Below, in pieces: positions 9,174-19,188 of a stretch of DNA of 64,000 nucleotides. Every line of letters starts with the position of its first letter. Position 1 is the first letter of the stretch. This DNA comes from Armatimonadota bacterium (GTDB lineage: Bacteria > Armatimonadota > Hebobacteria > CAIYQO01). The translations under genes were made by a program, and so were the position numbers. Where the stretch lies: NCBI GenBank assembly GCA_038248345.1, contig JBBRXO010000001.1, forward strand, positions 32,001 through 96,000. Reading direction: 5' to 3'. The notes below the pieces were generated by a model. It worked only from the letters and a program-made list of their open reading frames with translations. It did not search any database and was not told the origin of the DNA.

Positions 9174-9199
9174 CGTGGGCACAAGCCCTGTGCCCCTAC
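9174..9199 (-). repeat. GTAG-type REP palindrome
   Basis: Minus strand reads GTAGGGGCACAGGGCTTGTGCCCACG: a GTAG tetranucleotide plus a GGGCACA/TGTGCCC stem. Confidence 0.6.
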
Positions 9200-9301
9200 T
9201 ATTCTACCGGTGCGAAGGATGGCCTGCAAGAGCAACCTCCACCAATTTCCTATTTTCTACCTGCTATTTGCTACAAAGCTAGTGTTTCCACTTTAAGATT
9301 A

Positions 9302-9310
9302 TGATATAAT
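9302..9310 (+). promoter_or_regulatory. Extended -10 promoter element of ftsH
   Basis: TG-A-TATAAT about 40 nt upstream of the ftsH start. Confidence 0.55.
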
Positions 9311-9349
9311 ATGACTTGCCTTGTTTGTTAAGGTTGTATTCTGAGGAGG

Positions 9350-11224
<1,875 letters not shown>

Positions 11225-11275
11225 CCAGGACGAGGGACTTAGACCAGCTTAATCAGGCGCTGCGTCAGGCATTAT

Positions 11276-11305
11276 AAAAGACCGGGATAAATGCCCGGTC
11301 TTTTT
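11276..11305 (+). terminator. Intrinsic terminator after ftsH
   Basis: AAAAGACCGGG...CCCGGTCTTTTT hairpin with a T tail. Confidence 0.75.
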
Positions 11306-11404
11306 CCTTAGCTCATGTTCACATTAAGCTAATATTCGCTAGCTAGCACGCCTTGCATTTGCTATACTATAGTCACAGATTTCTATCAATAGTTGAGAGC
11401 TGAT

Positions 11405-12175
11405 ATGCCTGAGTTTGATCTCACAAATTTTTCTACCGAAGAACGTGCACAAATTGCGTTGCTGGAACCGGAACGCATGCCACAGCATATTGCCGTCATC
11501 ATGGATGGCAATGGCCGCTGGGCCACGCGGCAGGGTCTCCCACGTGTCTTTGGTCACTCGGCAGGGGTAGAAAGTGTGCGGGCAATGTTCAATGCCTGTG
11601 ACGATCTGGGCATCCGATATATTACCCTCTACAGCTTCTCCACCGAAAACTGGTCACGTCCCGCTGATGAAATTGACGCGCTGATGAATCTGATTGATAT
11701 GCAGATGCGCTCCGAAGCGGAACATCTGCACCGCAAAAATGCACGTATCCGTCAACTAGGGCGAGTGGAAGGTTTGCCGGACATGCTGGTGGAGACGCTC
11801 CGCTATATTGAGGAGCTGACGAGCCAAAATACCGGTATCACTATTCAGTTCGCAATTAATTACAGCGGACGTGCTGAATTGCTCGATGCGGCGAAGAAGC
11901 TCACTCGTGCAGTAATTGCGGGCGAAGTAAATCCGGAGACACTGTCCGAGGAAGACCTGGCCGCAGCGCTCTACCGACCTGATGTGCCCGATCCTGATCT
12001 GGTGATCCGCACCGCCGGGGAGATGCGCGTGAGCAACTATCTGCTCTGGCAGATTGCATATTCTGAATTCTGGGTAACTCCGCTCTTCTGGCCGGAGTTC
12101 CGCGCACCACACCTGCTGGAAGCGTTGCTGAATTACCAGCAACGCAAGAGGAAATTCGGGGGAATATCAGCCTGA
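11405..12175 (+). CDS. uppS: Undecaprenyl diphosphate synthase (isoprenyl transferase)
   Basis: HIAVIMDGNGRWA, YSFSTENW and PDLVIRTAGEMRVSNYLLWQ motifs. Confidence 0.95.
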   Translation: MPEFDLTNFSTEERAQIALLEPERMPQHIAVIMDGNGRWATRQGLPRVFGHSAGVESVRAMFNACDDLGIRYITLYSFSTENWSRPADEIDALMNLIDMQMRSEAEHLHRKNARIRQLGRVEGLPDMLVETLRYIEELTSQNTGITIQFAINYSGRAELLDAAKKLTRAVIAGEVNPETLSEEDLAAALYRPDVPDPDLVIRTAGEMRVSNYLLWQIAYSEFWVTPLFWPEFRAPHLLEALLNYQQRKRKFGGISA

Positions 12176-13089
12176 TGCTCCGTAAACGAATTGTGGCCGC
12201 CTTGTTTGGCTTGCCGTTAATCTTTGTTTCGCTCTACTTTAATTTCTACCTGCGTGCGCACGGTAGTGTCGATGACTGGCCCCTTTTCGTCATCCTGATG
12301 GTTATTGGCGGCGCTAGCAGCTGGGAAGTTGCCAATGTAGTGCGCAACCGCTTCCCCGGCGCCAGCCTGTGGAATGGCCTCTATACGGCACTCCTCATCC
12401 CCTTCGTCGTCCACGCTATACGAGTACCGGAGGTATTCCCCGGAATTGTCGCAACCAACACCTCCCTCAGCGGCGCGGCAATACTAGTTGATTCTCTCGG
12501 CGCTACCGCAATGATCATGCTGCTTTTCCTCGGTGTCTGGGGTGATATTGAAAACCGTGGTAAAGATGGCATCAAAGAAAACCTGTGGATCATCAGCGGC
12601 GGGCTTTATATTGGCATTAACATATCGTTTATTCTGCTATTACAAGGGATGCTCTACCATGAACTCGGTGTAGCGATGCTCTTCATACTCGTCTTCGGGC
12701 TAGATACTGCAGCCTATTTCGTGGGCAAGCGGTTTGGTGGAATTAAACTATTCCCGAAATTAAGCCCGAAGAAAACTGTGGCGGGCGCGGTAGGCGGATT
12801 GATATTCGCGACGCTGATAGCATCGTTATTCCCCTTAATTCCGGCGATTGAGCGCTATGTACCCGCTTTTTCCATGCATATCAATTGGCCGCAAGCAATG
12901 CTCATCGGGGTAATCATCGGCATTATCGGGCAAGTAGGTGATCTGCTTGAATCGCTTTTCAAACGCTGGGGCGGGGTAAAGGACAGCGGCGCCGCTCTAC
13001 CCGGTCATGGTGGCTATCTGGATCGTTTTGATAGCCTCTTCCTGGCAGCTCCGGTATGCTATTTTCTTTTCATGGGGTTGGTCAAATAG
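12175..13089 (+). CDS. cdsA: Phosphatidate cytidylyltransferase
   Basis: SPKKT and GDLLESLFKRWGGVKDSG...PGHGGYLDRFDS motifs; TGATG overlap with uppS. Confidence 0.93.
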   Translation: MLRKRIVAALFGLPLIFVSLYFNFYLRAHGSVDDWPLFVILMVIGGASSWEVANVVRNRFPGASLWNGLYTALLIPFVVHAIRVPEVFPGIVATNTSLSGAAILVDSLGATAMIMLLFLGVWGDIENRGKDGIKENLWIISGGLYIGINISFILLLQGMLYHELGVAMLFILVFGLDTAAYFVGKRFGGIKLFPKLSPKKTVAGAVGGLIFATLIASLFPLIPAIERYVPAFSMHINWPQAMLIGVIIGIIGQVGDLLESLFKRWGGVKDSGAALPGHGGYLDRFDSLFLAAPVCYFLFMGLVK

Positions 13090-13126
13090 CATCTACTCTA
13101 CAATAATCCTGCAAAGGGGCAATGAC

Positions 13127-13858
13127 ATGGCATTATGCGAGATGAAATATAACAGCAGTTCGCTGCAGAAACAAACTGGGATGTACGTGGTCATCCCCGA
13201 CGGGCAAGGACCATTCCGCGTTGTCTATCAACTGCATGGCCTCTCGGATGATTACAGCATGTGGTTACGGCGCACTAATATTGAGCGCTATGCCGAGAAT
13301 TACGGTTTAATGGTGGTCATGCCCGACGGCGGGCGTTCCTTCTATTCAGATATGGTAAACGGCACTGGCAACTATGAACAGCATATGCTGGAAACAGTGC
13401 AACTTGTTGACCGCATCTTCCCCACCGTAGCTGATGCCAGCGGACGCGCTATTGGCGGTCTCTCTATGGGTGGCTACGGTTGCATGAAGCTCGGTCTGAA
13501 ATACCCTGAAATCTTCAGTTCTATCGCTTCCCATTCCGGCGTATTGGATTTGAAGATGAATGAGGCCAAAGGCTTCGGCTGGGAGTTCAACGCCATCTTC
13601 GGCGAGAAACTTAGCGCGGAAAATGATTGTATGGCGTTGGCGGCACGGCCAACGGTGAAGCCGGCGATCTACTTTGATTGCGGGGTAGATGATTTCCTGA
13701 TCGAGAATAATCGCATTTTCCACAAAGAATTACTTAAGTTAAAGATCGAACACACATACCATGAATATCCCGGCGCTCACGAATGGGATTTCTGGGATAC
13801 GCATGTGCAGGAGGCATTCGCCTTCCACCTGGAACACCTGGGGAAAGTCACGGAATAA
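13127..13858 (+). CDS. Alpha/beta hydrolase, putative esterase (tributyrin esterase/FrmB-like family)
   Basis: LHGLSD, nucleophile GLSMGG, DCGVDD and GAHEW motifs. Confidence 0.85.
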   Translation: MALCEMKYNSSSLQKQTGMYVVIPDGQGPFRVVYQLHGLSDDYSMWLRRTNIERYAENYGLMVVMPDGGRSFYSDMVNGTGNYEQHMLETVQLVDRIFPTVADASGRAIGGLSMGGYGCMKLGLKYPEIFSSIASHSGVLDLKMNEAKGFGWEFNAIFGEKLSAENDCMALAARPTVKPAIYFDCGVDDFLIENNRIFHKELLKLKIEHTYHEYPGAHEWDFWDTHVQEAFAFHLEHLGKVTE

Positions 13859-13860
13859 CC

Positions 13861-14823
13861 ATGGGCAATAAACGCGCCATCGACTGGACACTGGCGGACA
13901 TCAAAGCGCTCCTGTCATCCAAGGAACAGGAGAACCTGATGCTGGAGTATAAATCCTCGCTGGCGATCGGTGAATGGACGGACTCCAAGCGCGATGAACT
14001 AGCGAAAGACCTGTGCGCCTTCGCCAACTCCGCGGGCGGCATCATCGTCATCGGAATCTGCGAAGAGAACCATCGCCCGGCGATAATCGACAGCGGCGTG
14101 GACACCTCCAAAGCCAGTAAAGAGGCAGTAGAATCGGCGCTGCAGGCGCGCATATCGCCACGCATTGATGACCTGACTATCAAAGAGATTCCTAACCCCG
14201 AAGCACCCGGCTTCTCGTACTATGTCTTTGGGATACCGCGCAGTCTGCGTGCCCCGCATATGTGCAACTCGTTCCACCGCTACTACAAACGCTATAACTT
14301 CGAGTGTGTGCCGATGGAACACTACGAGGTGGAGGATGTGCGCCGCCGTCAAAGTGAACCCGCGCTGAACTTCACCTGGGAGTGTCGCCACGAAACGTTA
14401 CCCAGCGGTGAGGAGATCGCCGCACTCTATGCCGGAGTGCATAATATGGGCAGCGTCACCGCGCAGGACGTACTGGTGCGCCTCTACCTGCCCCGCTGGG
14501 CGGTGCAGGATCATAACTGGGAGGCTGATGGCGTGTCACAGCACCAGGAGACCAGTTACGAAGGCATCGCCATGCACCGCTACGATGTTTATTTGCGTGA
14601 CAGCGCCGGCCCCATCCCCATCTTCCCCCACGACGACCAACCATACCTGATCACCTTCGATCCCACCTGGAACCGCCGCAACTTGCAACTGGTGAATCCA
14701 GCAAAAGCAGGGGGTGCCGACCACCCCGGCACCCACATGATAATACAACTCTTCGCCGTGAACATGCGTATGAAGCGCATAGAAATCCCCCTGACGGCAG
14801 TATGGAGTAGGAAACAACGGTAG
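13861..14823 (+). CDS. Schlafen/AlbA_2-domain protein with a beta-rich (Ig-like) C-terminal domain
   Basis: ENLMLEYK (ExxxxExK), KDLCAFANSAGGIIVIGI and PHM...YYKR; C-terminal VHNMGSVTAQDVLVRLYLP. Confidence 0.8.
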   Translation: MGNKRAIDWTLADIKALLSSKEQENLMLEYKSSLAIGEWTDSKRDELAKDLCAFANSAGGIIVIGICEENHRPAIIDSGVDTSKASKEAVESALQARISPRIDDLTIKEIPNPEAPGFSYYVFGIPRSLRAPHMCNSFHRYYKRYNFECVPMEHYEVEDVRRRQSEPALNFTWECRHETLPSGEEIAALYAGVHNMGSVTAQDVLVRLYLPRWAVQDHNWEADGVSQHQETSYEGIAMHRYDVYLRDSAGPIPIFPHDDQPYLITFDPTWNRRNLQLVNPAKAGGADHPGTHMIIQLFAVNMRMKRIEIPLTAVWSRKQR

Positions 14824-14828
14824 GATTC

Positions 14829-15026
14829 CAGGAGTATCGTTTATAGCGCCCGTCCTGTTCGCCCAGCCGTGAACGACTGGGCTAGCGGGCTACGCCGATC
14901 GTCCTTCGGGTGGGGACGATTGCCCTTAACCGTCCCACCCGAATGGTGATCGGCCGAAGGCCCTCCAGCTAGGTCGTTCATGGCCAAGCTAGGGAGGACG
15001 GCTCGTCAATAAAAACGATACTCCTG
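14829..15026. mobile_element. MITE (non-autonomous element, 198 bp)
   Basis: Perfect 14-bp TIRs CAGGAGTATCGTTT / AAACGATACTCCTG. Flanking direct repeat GTAGGATTC (14820-14828) / ATAGGATTC (15027-15035). Nested internal palindrome; no ORF. Confidence 0.8.
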
Positions 15027-15038
15027 ATAGGATTCCCG

Positions 15039-15545
15039 TTATCTCCCCTTATGCGCCTGTGCACATGCTACATACTCGCGTGAGTTCTCAGCAATATGTG
15101 CCTGCTGTTCGGGAGTTAGCTGTTTTAGCACTTTGCCGGGGAGGCCTACTACCAGGCTGCCGGGGGGGATGATCATATTCTCACGCACCAGGGTACCGGC
15201 ACCCACCAGGCTCCCGGCGCCCACCACCGCGCCATTAAGAACAATGGCACCCATACCGATGAGAGCGCCATCTTCGATGGTGCAACCGTGGATTACGGCG
15301 TTGTGACCGATGGTGACATCCGCGCCGATGACACAGGGGATATCGGGATCGACGTGAATGCTGGCGTTCTCCTGCACGTTGCTGCCACGGCCAATGGTAA
15401 TAGTGGCCATATCGCCGCGCACGCAGGCGCCATACCAGATGCTGACATCCTCACCCAGCACCACATCGCCGATGACAGTGGCGGTAGGGGCGACGAAAAC
15501 TGACTCAGGCATCGCCGGAGTAGTGACGTTAAATTTTATGGGCAT
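15039..15545 (-). CDS. Gamma carbonic anhydrase family (hexapeptide repeat) protein
   Basis: VIGDV, VRGD, SNVQEN, TIGHNAVIHGC and IGMGA motifs. Confidence 0.9.
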   Translation of the reverse strand: MPIKFNVTTPAMPESVFVAPTATVIGDVVLGEDVSIWYGACVRGDMATITIGRGSNVQENASIHVDPDIPCVIGADVTIGHNAVIHGCTIEDGALIGMGAIVLNGAVVGAGSLVGAGTLVRENMIIPPGSLVVGLPGKVLKQLTPEQQAHIAENSREYVACAQAHKGR

Positions 15546-15554
15546 GTTTTTACC

Positions 15555-17081
15555 TCAATAATTAAAATTGACGGAGTTGCGCTGAAAGTCTCCCACCCGT
15601 GCGGTGCCGTTTATTATCTCCACATGCCGCCGATCGAGGTGGCGGGCGTCGGGCCAGTCGTTCATCCTATCGTTGGTGATAATTATCGCCCCCAGTCGCC
15701 GGGCTTCTTTAATGAGCGTCTCATCTGCGCTGGTGCCCGCCTCGGTCATGATGATATCACCACGCTCTACGAGTTGCAGGAAGAGGTCGGGATTATCGAT
15801 CTGGTGCGGCAGACTGGCGTCAGCGTAGATGAGCACTGGAAAGTAACCCTCGGCCCAGGCGGACTGCTGCACCTGCCCTAGATATGCCAGTCGCGCCCGC
15901 TTATCTTTATTCATGTTGGCGACGTTGCTCCCATCAATCAGCGCAGGGCGCAACGGGCCGCGCAGCACCGCCTCGGGTATTTGCACTCGCGCCAGCTCTG
16001 CCAATGCTGTGCGCTCCAACGGGGCGGTGAGACGTGTGAGCGCATCACGGATCTCATCCACCACCTTCTGGTTGTTACTGACAAAGGCAGCTTTAACCTG
16101 GCGTAACGGGTAGCTCTTCTTCCCGCGTGTGGTCGGAAGTTCGATTGCCGGTTCCGCTTTCTTTGCCGCTACCTTCACTACTGGCGTCACTGCTACAGCA
16201 GCTACTTTTCCACTGGCGGAGGATGACGAAGGTGATACCGACAGCTCTAACCCCCGTTGCAACAGCGCGATAGCTTCGGCCACCACTTTAGCAGCTGCAC
16301 TATTCAACGCTGCTGGTGCAGCAGGCTGTGAAGACTCGGCAACTTTCTTCTCTGCCGCGCGCAGTTGTTTACGCAACTCCTGCGCCTCTTCTTCGGCCTT
16401 CTTCGCGCGGCGCGTCTCTCGTTCCAGCTTCTCCTTGGCAACCTTCGTCGCTTCATTCAGCTTCCGCTGGATCTCCTCACTATGCTTTTCGGCTATTGTG
16501 ATGGCATTTTTCTGTCTATCAATCTCGGTTCGTTGTTTAGCCAGCTGCTGCTGCGTCTCCAGCAGTTGCTTTTGCAACGTGACGATCTGCGCACGAGCGG
16601 CGACATCATTTGCTTGGGACGGTAAAGATGAAAAAACAGGTTTTTTTACTAGCGGCGCTGCCGATATAACTTTCACCTTATCCAGCTTTTCTGCCCAGAT
16701 GACCACCTCATCGCGAGCGTCACAAAGAAGTGCAAAACGTAGCGTCGCCTCACCATGTTCGGTAGCTAATGCTGACAACGATTCCCCGTCGACGATAAAT
16801 TCGTCAGACTCCAGCGTCGCCAAGAGATCAACATTGGCTTCATCCCAAATCTTCCGCAACTCCTGTGCCATCTCCGGTAATTTTCCGAGTTCCTGCTTCA
16901 GGCGCGTGCGAATCACCGGATTCTTCAGCGAGTTATCCCGTACTGTGAAACCGTGGAATATTGTTTGGGCGAAGAGAGCATCACCCTTGATGAACTCCAG
17001 CAACACCCGCGGAGGCAGGCTATCGAGGAGCGCGGTAATCTGGGCAGGAGTCATCTTATCGGCATTGGCATCTGCATTCAT
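15555..17081 (-). CDS. Coiled-coil protein with a C-terminal NYN/PIN (Zc3h12a-like) ribonuclease domain
   Basis: Long Q/E/K coiled coil; C-terminal ALIDGSNVA, ADASL, ADETLI and IITNDRMND acidic motifs. Confidence 0.75.
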   Translation of the reverse strand: MNADANADKMTPAQITALLDSLPPRVLLEFIKGDALFAQTIFHGFTVRDNSLKNPVIRTRLKQELGKLPEMAQELRKIWDEANVDLLATLESDEFIVDGESLSALATEHGEATLRFALLCDARDEVVIWAEKLDKVKVISAAPLVKKPVFSSLPSQANDVAARAQIVTLQKQLLETQQQLAKQRTEIDRQKNAITIAEKHSEEIQRKLNEATKVAKEKLERETRRAKKAEEEAQELRKQLRAAEKKVAESSQPAAPAALNSAAAKVVAEAIALLQRGLELSVSPSSSSASGKVAAVAVTPVVKVAAKKAEPAIELPTTRGKKSYPLRQVKAAFVSNNQKVVDEIRDALTRLTAPLERTALAELARVQIPEAVLRGPLRPALIDGSNVANMNKDKRARLAYLGQVQQSAWAEGYFPVLIYADASLPHQIDNPDLFLQLVERGDIIMTEAGTSADETLIKEARRLGAIIITNDRMNDWPDARHLDRRHVEIINGTARVGDFQRNSVNFNY

Positions 17082-17185
17082 ACGTCAAGTATAGCCCTTT
17101 TTCGGCGCACTCTCAATAATTAAGAGGGATAAACTGCCATTTGTGGAATATTTACAGTACTTCAGCAACAGGAATGACATTCATT

Positions 17186-18097
17186 ATGAGTAAACAAGAC
17201 TATTATGCATTACTAGATGTACCGCGCACGGCCACCGCAGCGGATATCGTCCAGGCTTTTCGCAGCAAAGCTATGGCGCTGCATCCTGACCGCAACAAGG
17301 ATAATCCAGATGCAACAAAGCTTTTCAAGCTTGTCACGCAGGCTTATCACACCTTGACTGACCCGGTACTGCGCACAAAATATGATGCGTCGCTCCCTGT
17401 GGAAATTGTCGCCCCCGCGCGCATCAGCTTCACTATTGCAGAACTGTGGAAGATAACCGGCAAGCTCTACCTTGATCGCTCAACCAGATACACCAAGGCC
17501 GTGGACGCTCTGCAAAAGAGCATCCCAATTGTTATCGATGAAGATTCAGGGGTATTGATTGTCGGATTTGAACCGGTAAATGCCATGTATATCGGCTATC
17601 TGGAATCATCAGAGACACACAATACAGTGAAGGCGATCCTTACGGAAGTATACGGAAAATCACTCGATTTCCGTATTATCACCGGAACCACGCTGCTGGA
17701 CTATCAACAATTGAAAGATGCGGAGGGCAGGTTGGCAAAACGCCAGCAAAGCGGCAGCATCGACAGCAAAATATTGGGAAAAGCTCCTGTCAGCTCCACT
17801 CCAGTCACCACTCTCCCCGTTTCTACCCCACCAGGAAATTGGGCGGAGCTCCAAGAATCAATCGCGGCGGCGTGGACAGCTACCCAACTTCGTGAATTCC
17901 CCCAGATAAAAGCGGCATTCGCGCTAAAGCAACTCCCCGCTTTGATACAACTGGAAAAGCAAACCGAAGTATCCGAACAGCAGGCAGAAGTACAACGCAA
18001 AGTAGCCCGCATCCTCAAACAAATCGCCACCCTGGCCGGTATCGACGCAACAGTTCTGGCAATGGAGTACGTGCAGTATAAGTCGAGGATAATTTAG
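17186..18097 (+). CDS. J-domain (DnaJ-like) protein with an uncharacterised C-terminal region
   Basis: DYYALLDV, HPD motif, AYHTLTDP...YD; no zinc finger or G/F region. Confidence 0.85.
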   Translation: MSKQDYYALLDVPRTATAADIVQAFRSKAMALHPDRNKDNPDATKLFKLVTQAYHTLTDPVLRTKYDASLPVEIVAPARISFTIAELWKITGKLYLDRSTRYTKAVDALQKSIPIVIDEDSGVLIVGFEPVNAMYIGYLESSETHNTVKAILTEVYGKSLDFRIITGTTLLDYQQLKDAEGRLAKRQQSGSIDSKILGKAPVSSTPVTTLPVSTPPGNWAELQESIAAAWTATQLREFPQIKAAFALKQLPALIQLEKQTEVSEQQAEVQRKVARILKQIATLAGIDATVLAMEYVQYKSRII

Positions 18098-18520
18098 GTC
18101 TTTAGGACGGAGTTATAATGTCGTCATTCAAAGAATTGCTGGTTTGGAAGCAGGCGATTTGATTAGCCAAAGAGTGCTATATATTTACACGCACATTTCC
18201 CAAAGAAGAATTGTATGGTATGACCAGTCAAATCCGCCGAGCTGCAGTTTCAATTCCGGCCAACATTGCCGAGGGTAGCGCCAGAGGGACGCAGAAGGAT
18301 TTCGCTCAATTTCTTCATATAGCGCAAGGTAGCCTCCGAGAATTAGAAACACACTTGCTACTCTGTATTGAGATAGAGTTAGTCAAAAAAGAATGTCTCA
18401 TCCAAATATTTGAGCATATTGAATCTGTATCGATATTACTTCGAAAATTAATCAATTCAACACAAAAGTAGGTCTGTTCGCAACTAAAATCGCGAACAGA
18501 CCTAAAGACCTAAAGACCTA
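18093..18520. repeat. Inverted 8-mer tandem arrays flanking the four-helix bundle gene
   Basis: TTTAGGTC-TTTAGGAC upstream (18093-18108); GACCTAAA x2 plus GACCTA downstream (18499-18520); perfect 13-bp hairpin at 18469-18504. Confidence 0.75.
18118..18471 (+). pseudogene. Four-helix bundle protein (23S rRNA IVP / Avd-like family) with an in-frame TGA at codon 15
   Basis: MSSFKELLVWKQAI*LAKECY...FPKEELYGMTSQIRRAAVSIPANIAEG...IAQGSLRELETHL; GGAG RBS; TGA at 18160-18162. Confidence 0.8.
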
Positions 18521-19117
18521 TCTTGATTTTTTCTTCTTCTCGCGACGTGCTTTCTCGCGTCGCATGCGAATTGCGCTCACTCTAGGCTCAATTGATTCTA
18601 TCAGCTCAGTCAATTGCTCTTTGAATTCTGCTACGTTGGCGGGTTGGCCCATTTGTCCGCCCGCTTCCTTCAGCATGGAGGCCAGCATGGGGTCAGAGCC
18701 GGAGAGCGCCAGCGCTTTGTTGGCTGCAGAGAGGGCCTCGGGTAATTTGCCCGCAGATTGCAGAAAATTAGCTCGCATAAAGAAGATGTAGGCACTGTCC
18801 GGTGCATGTTTCATCACACCTTCAAAACGCGCTAACGCTTCCTGCTTACGTCCGGCCTGTAACAAACCGGGGAGATTCTTTAACTGACTTTCCTGCTTCT
18901 GGTAGTATTTATTGAATTTGTAGTATTGGATAAGCGGTTTCAGTCCGATATAGAGAAAGATACCCAAACCGATGAGAATGACGAGGAATATTCCCAAACC
19001 GAGAGCACCCCATGTATGGATGAGCGCATACCCGCCCCAACTTATCAAGCCGAGGACAACAGCGGCGGCCAAGGCCGTTAAAGTAATAATCGCCCAACGT
19101 GGCAGACGTGACTGCAT
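18518..19117 (-). CDS. Membrane protein with TPR-like repeats
   Basis: Two N-terminal TM helices, then a TPR-like pattern (EALARFE...APDSAYIFFMRA...EALSAANKAL). Confidence 0.7.
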   Translation of the reverse strand: MQSRLPRWAIITLTALAAAVVLGLISWGGYALIHTWGALGLGIFLVILIGLGIFLYIGLKPLIQYYKFNKYYQKQESQLKNLPGLLQAGRKQEALARFEGVMKHAPDSAYIFFMRANFLQSAGKLPEALSAANKALALSGSDPMLASMLKEAGGQMGQPANVAEFKEQLTELIESIEPRVSAIRMRREKARREKKKKSR

Positions 19118-19188
19118 ACTGGTAATCCACCTTCTGAATTTAATAAGAAAATTCGCAGCAACGACTGCGCTTGAACATTATACACGAA

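Noticed and set aside
16129..17094. 321-aa plus-strand ORF
   Set aside because: S/A/F-rich antisense translation of the coiled-coil NYN gene.
18160..18200. Selenocysteine or genetic-code reassignment of the in-frame TGA
   Set aside because: The position is not a Cys column in this family, there is no convincing SECIS hairpin, and TGA terminates many intact genes here.
18118..18471. Diversity-generating retroelement (Avd homologue)
   Set aside because: No reverse transcriptase or TR/VR repeat pair was seen in the window.
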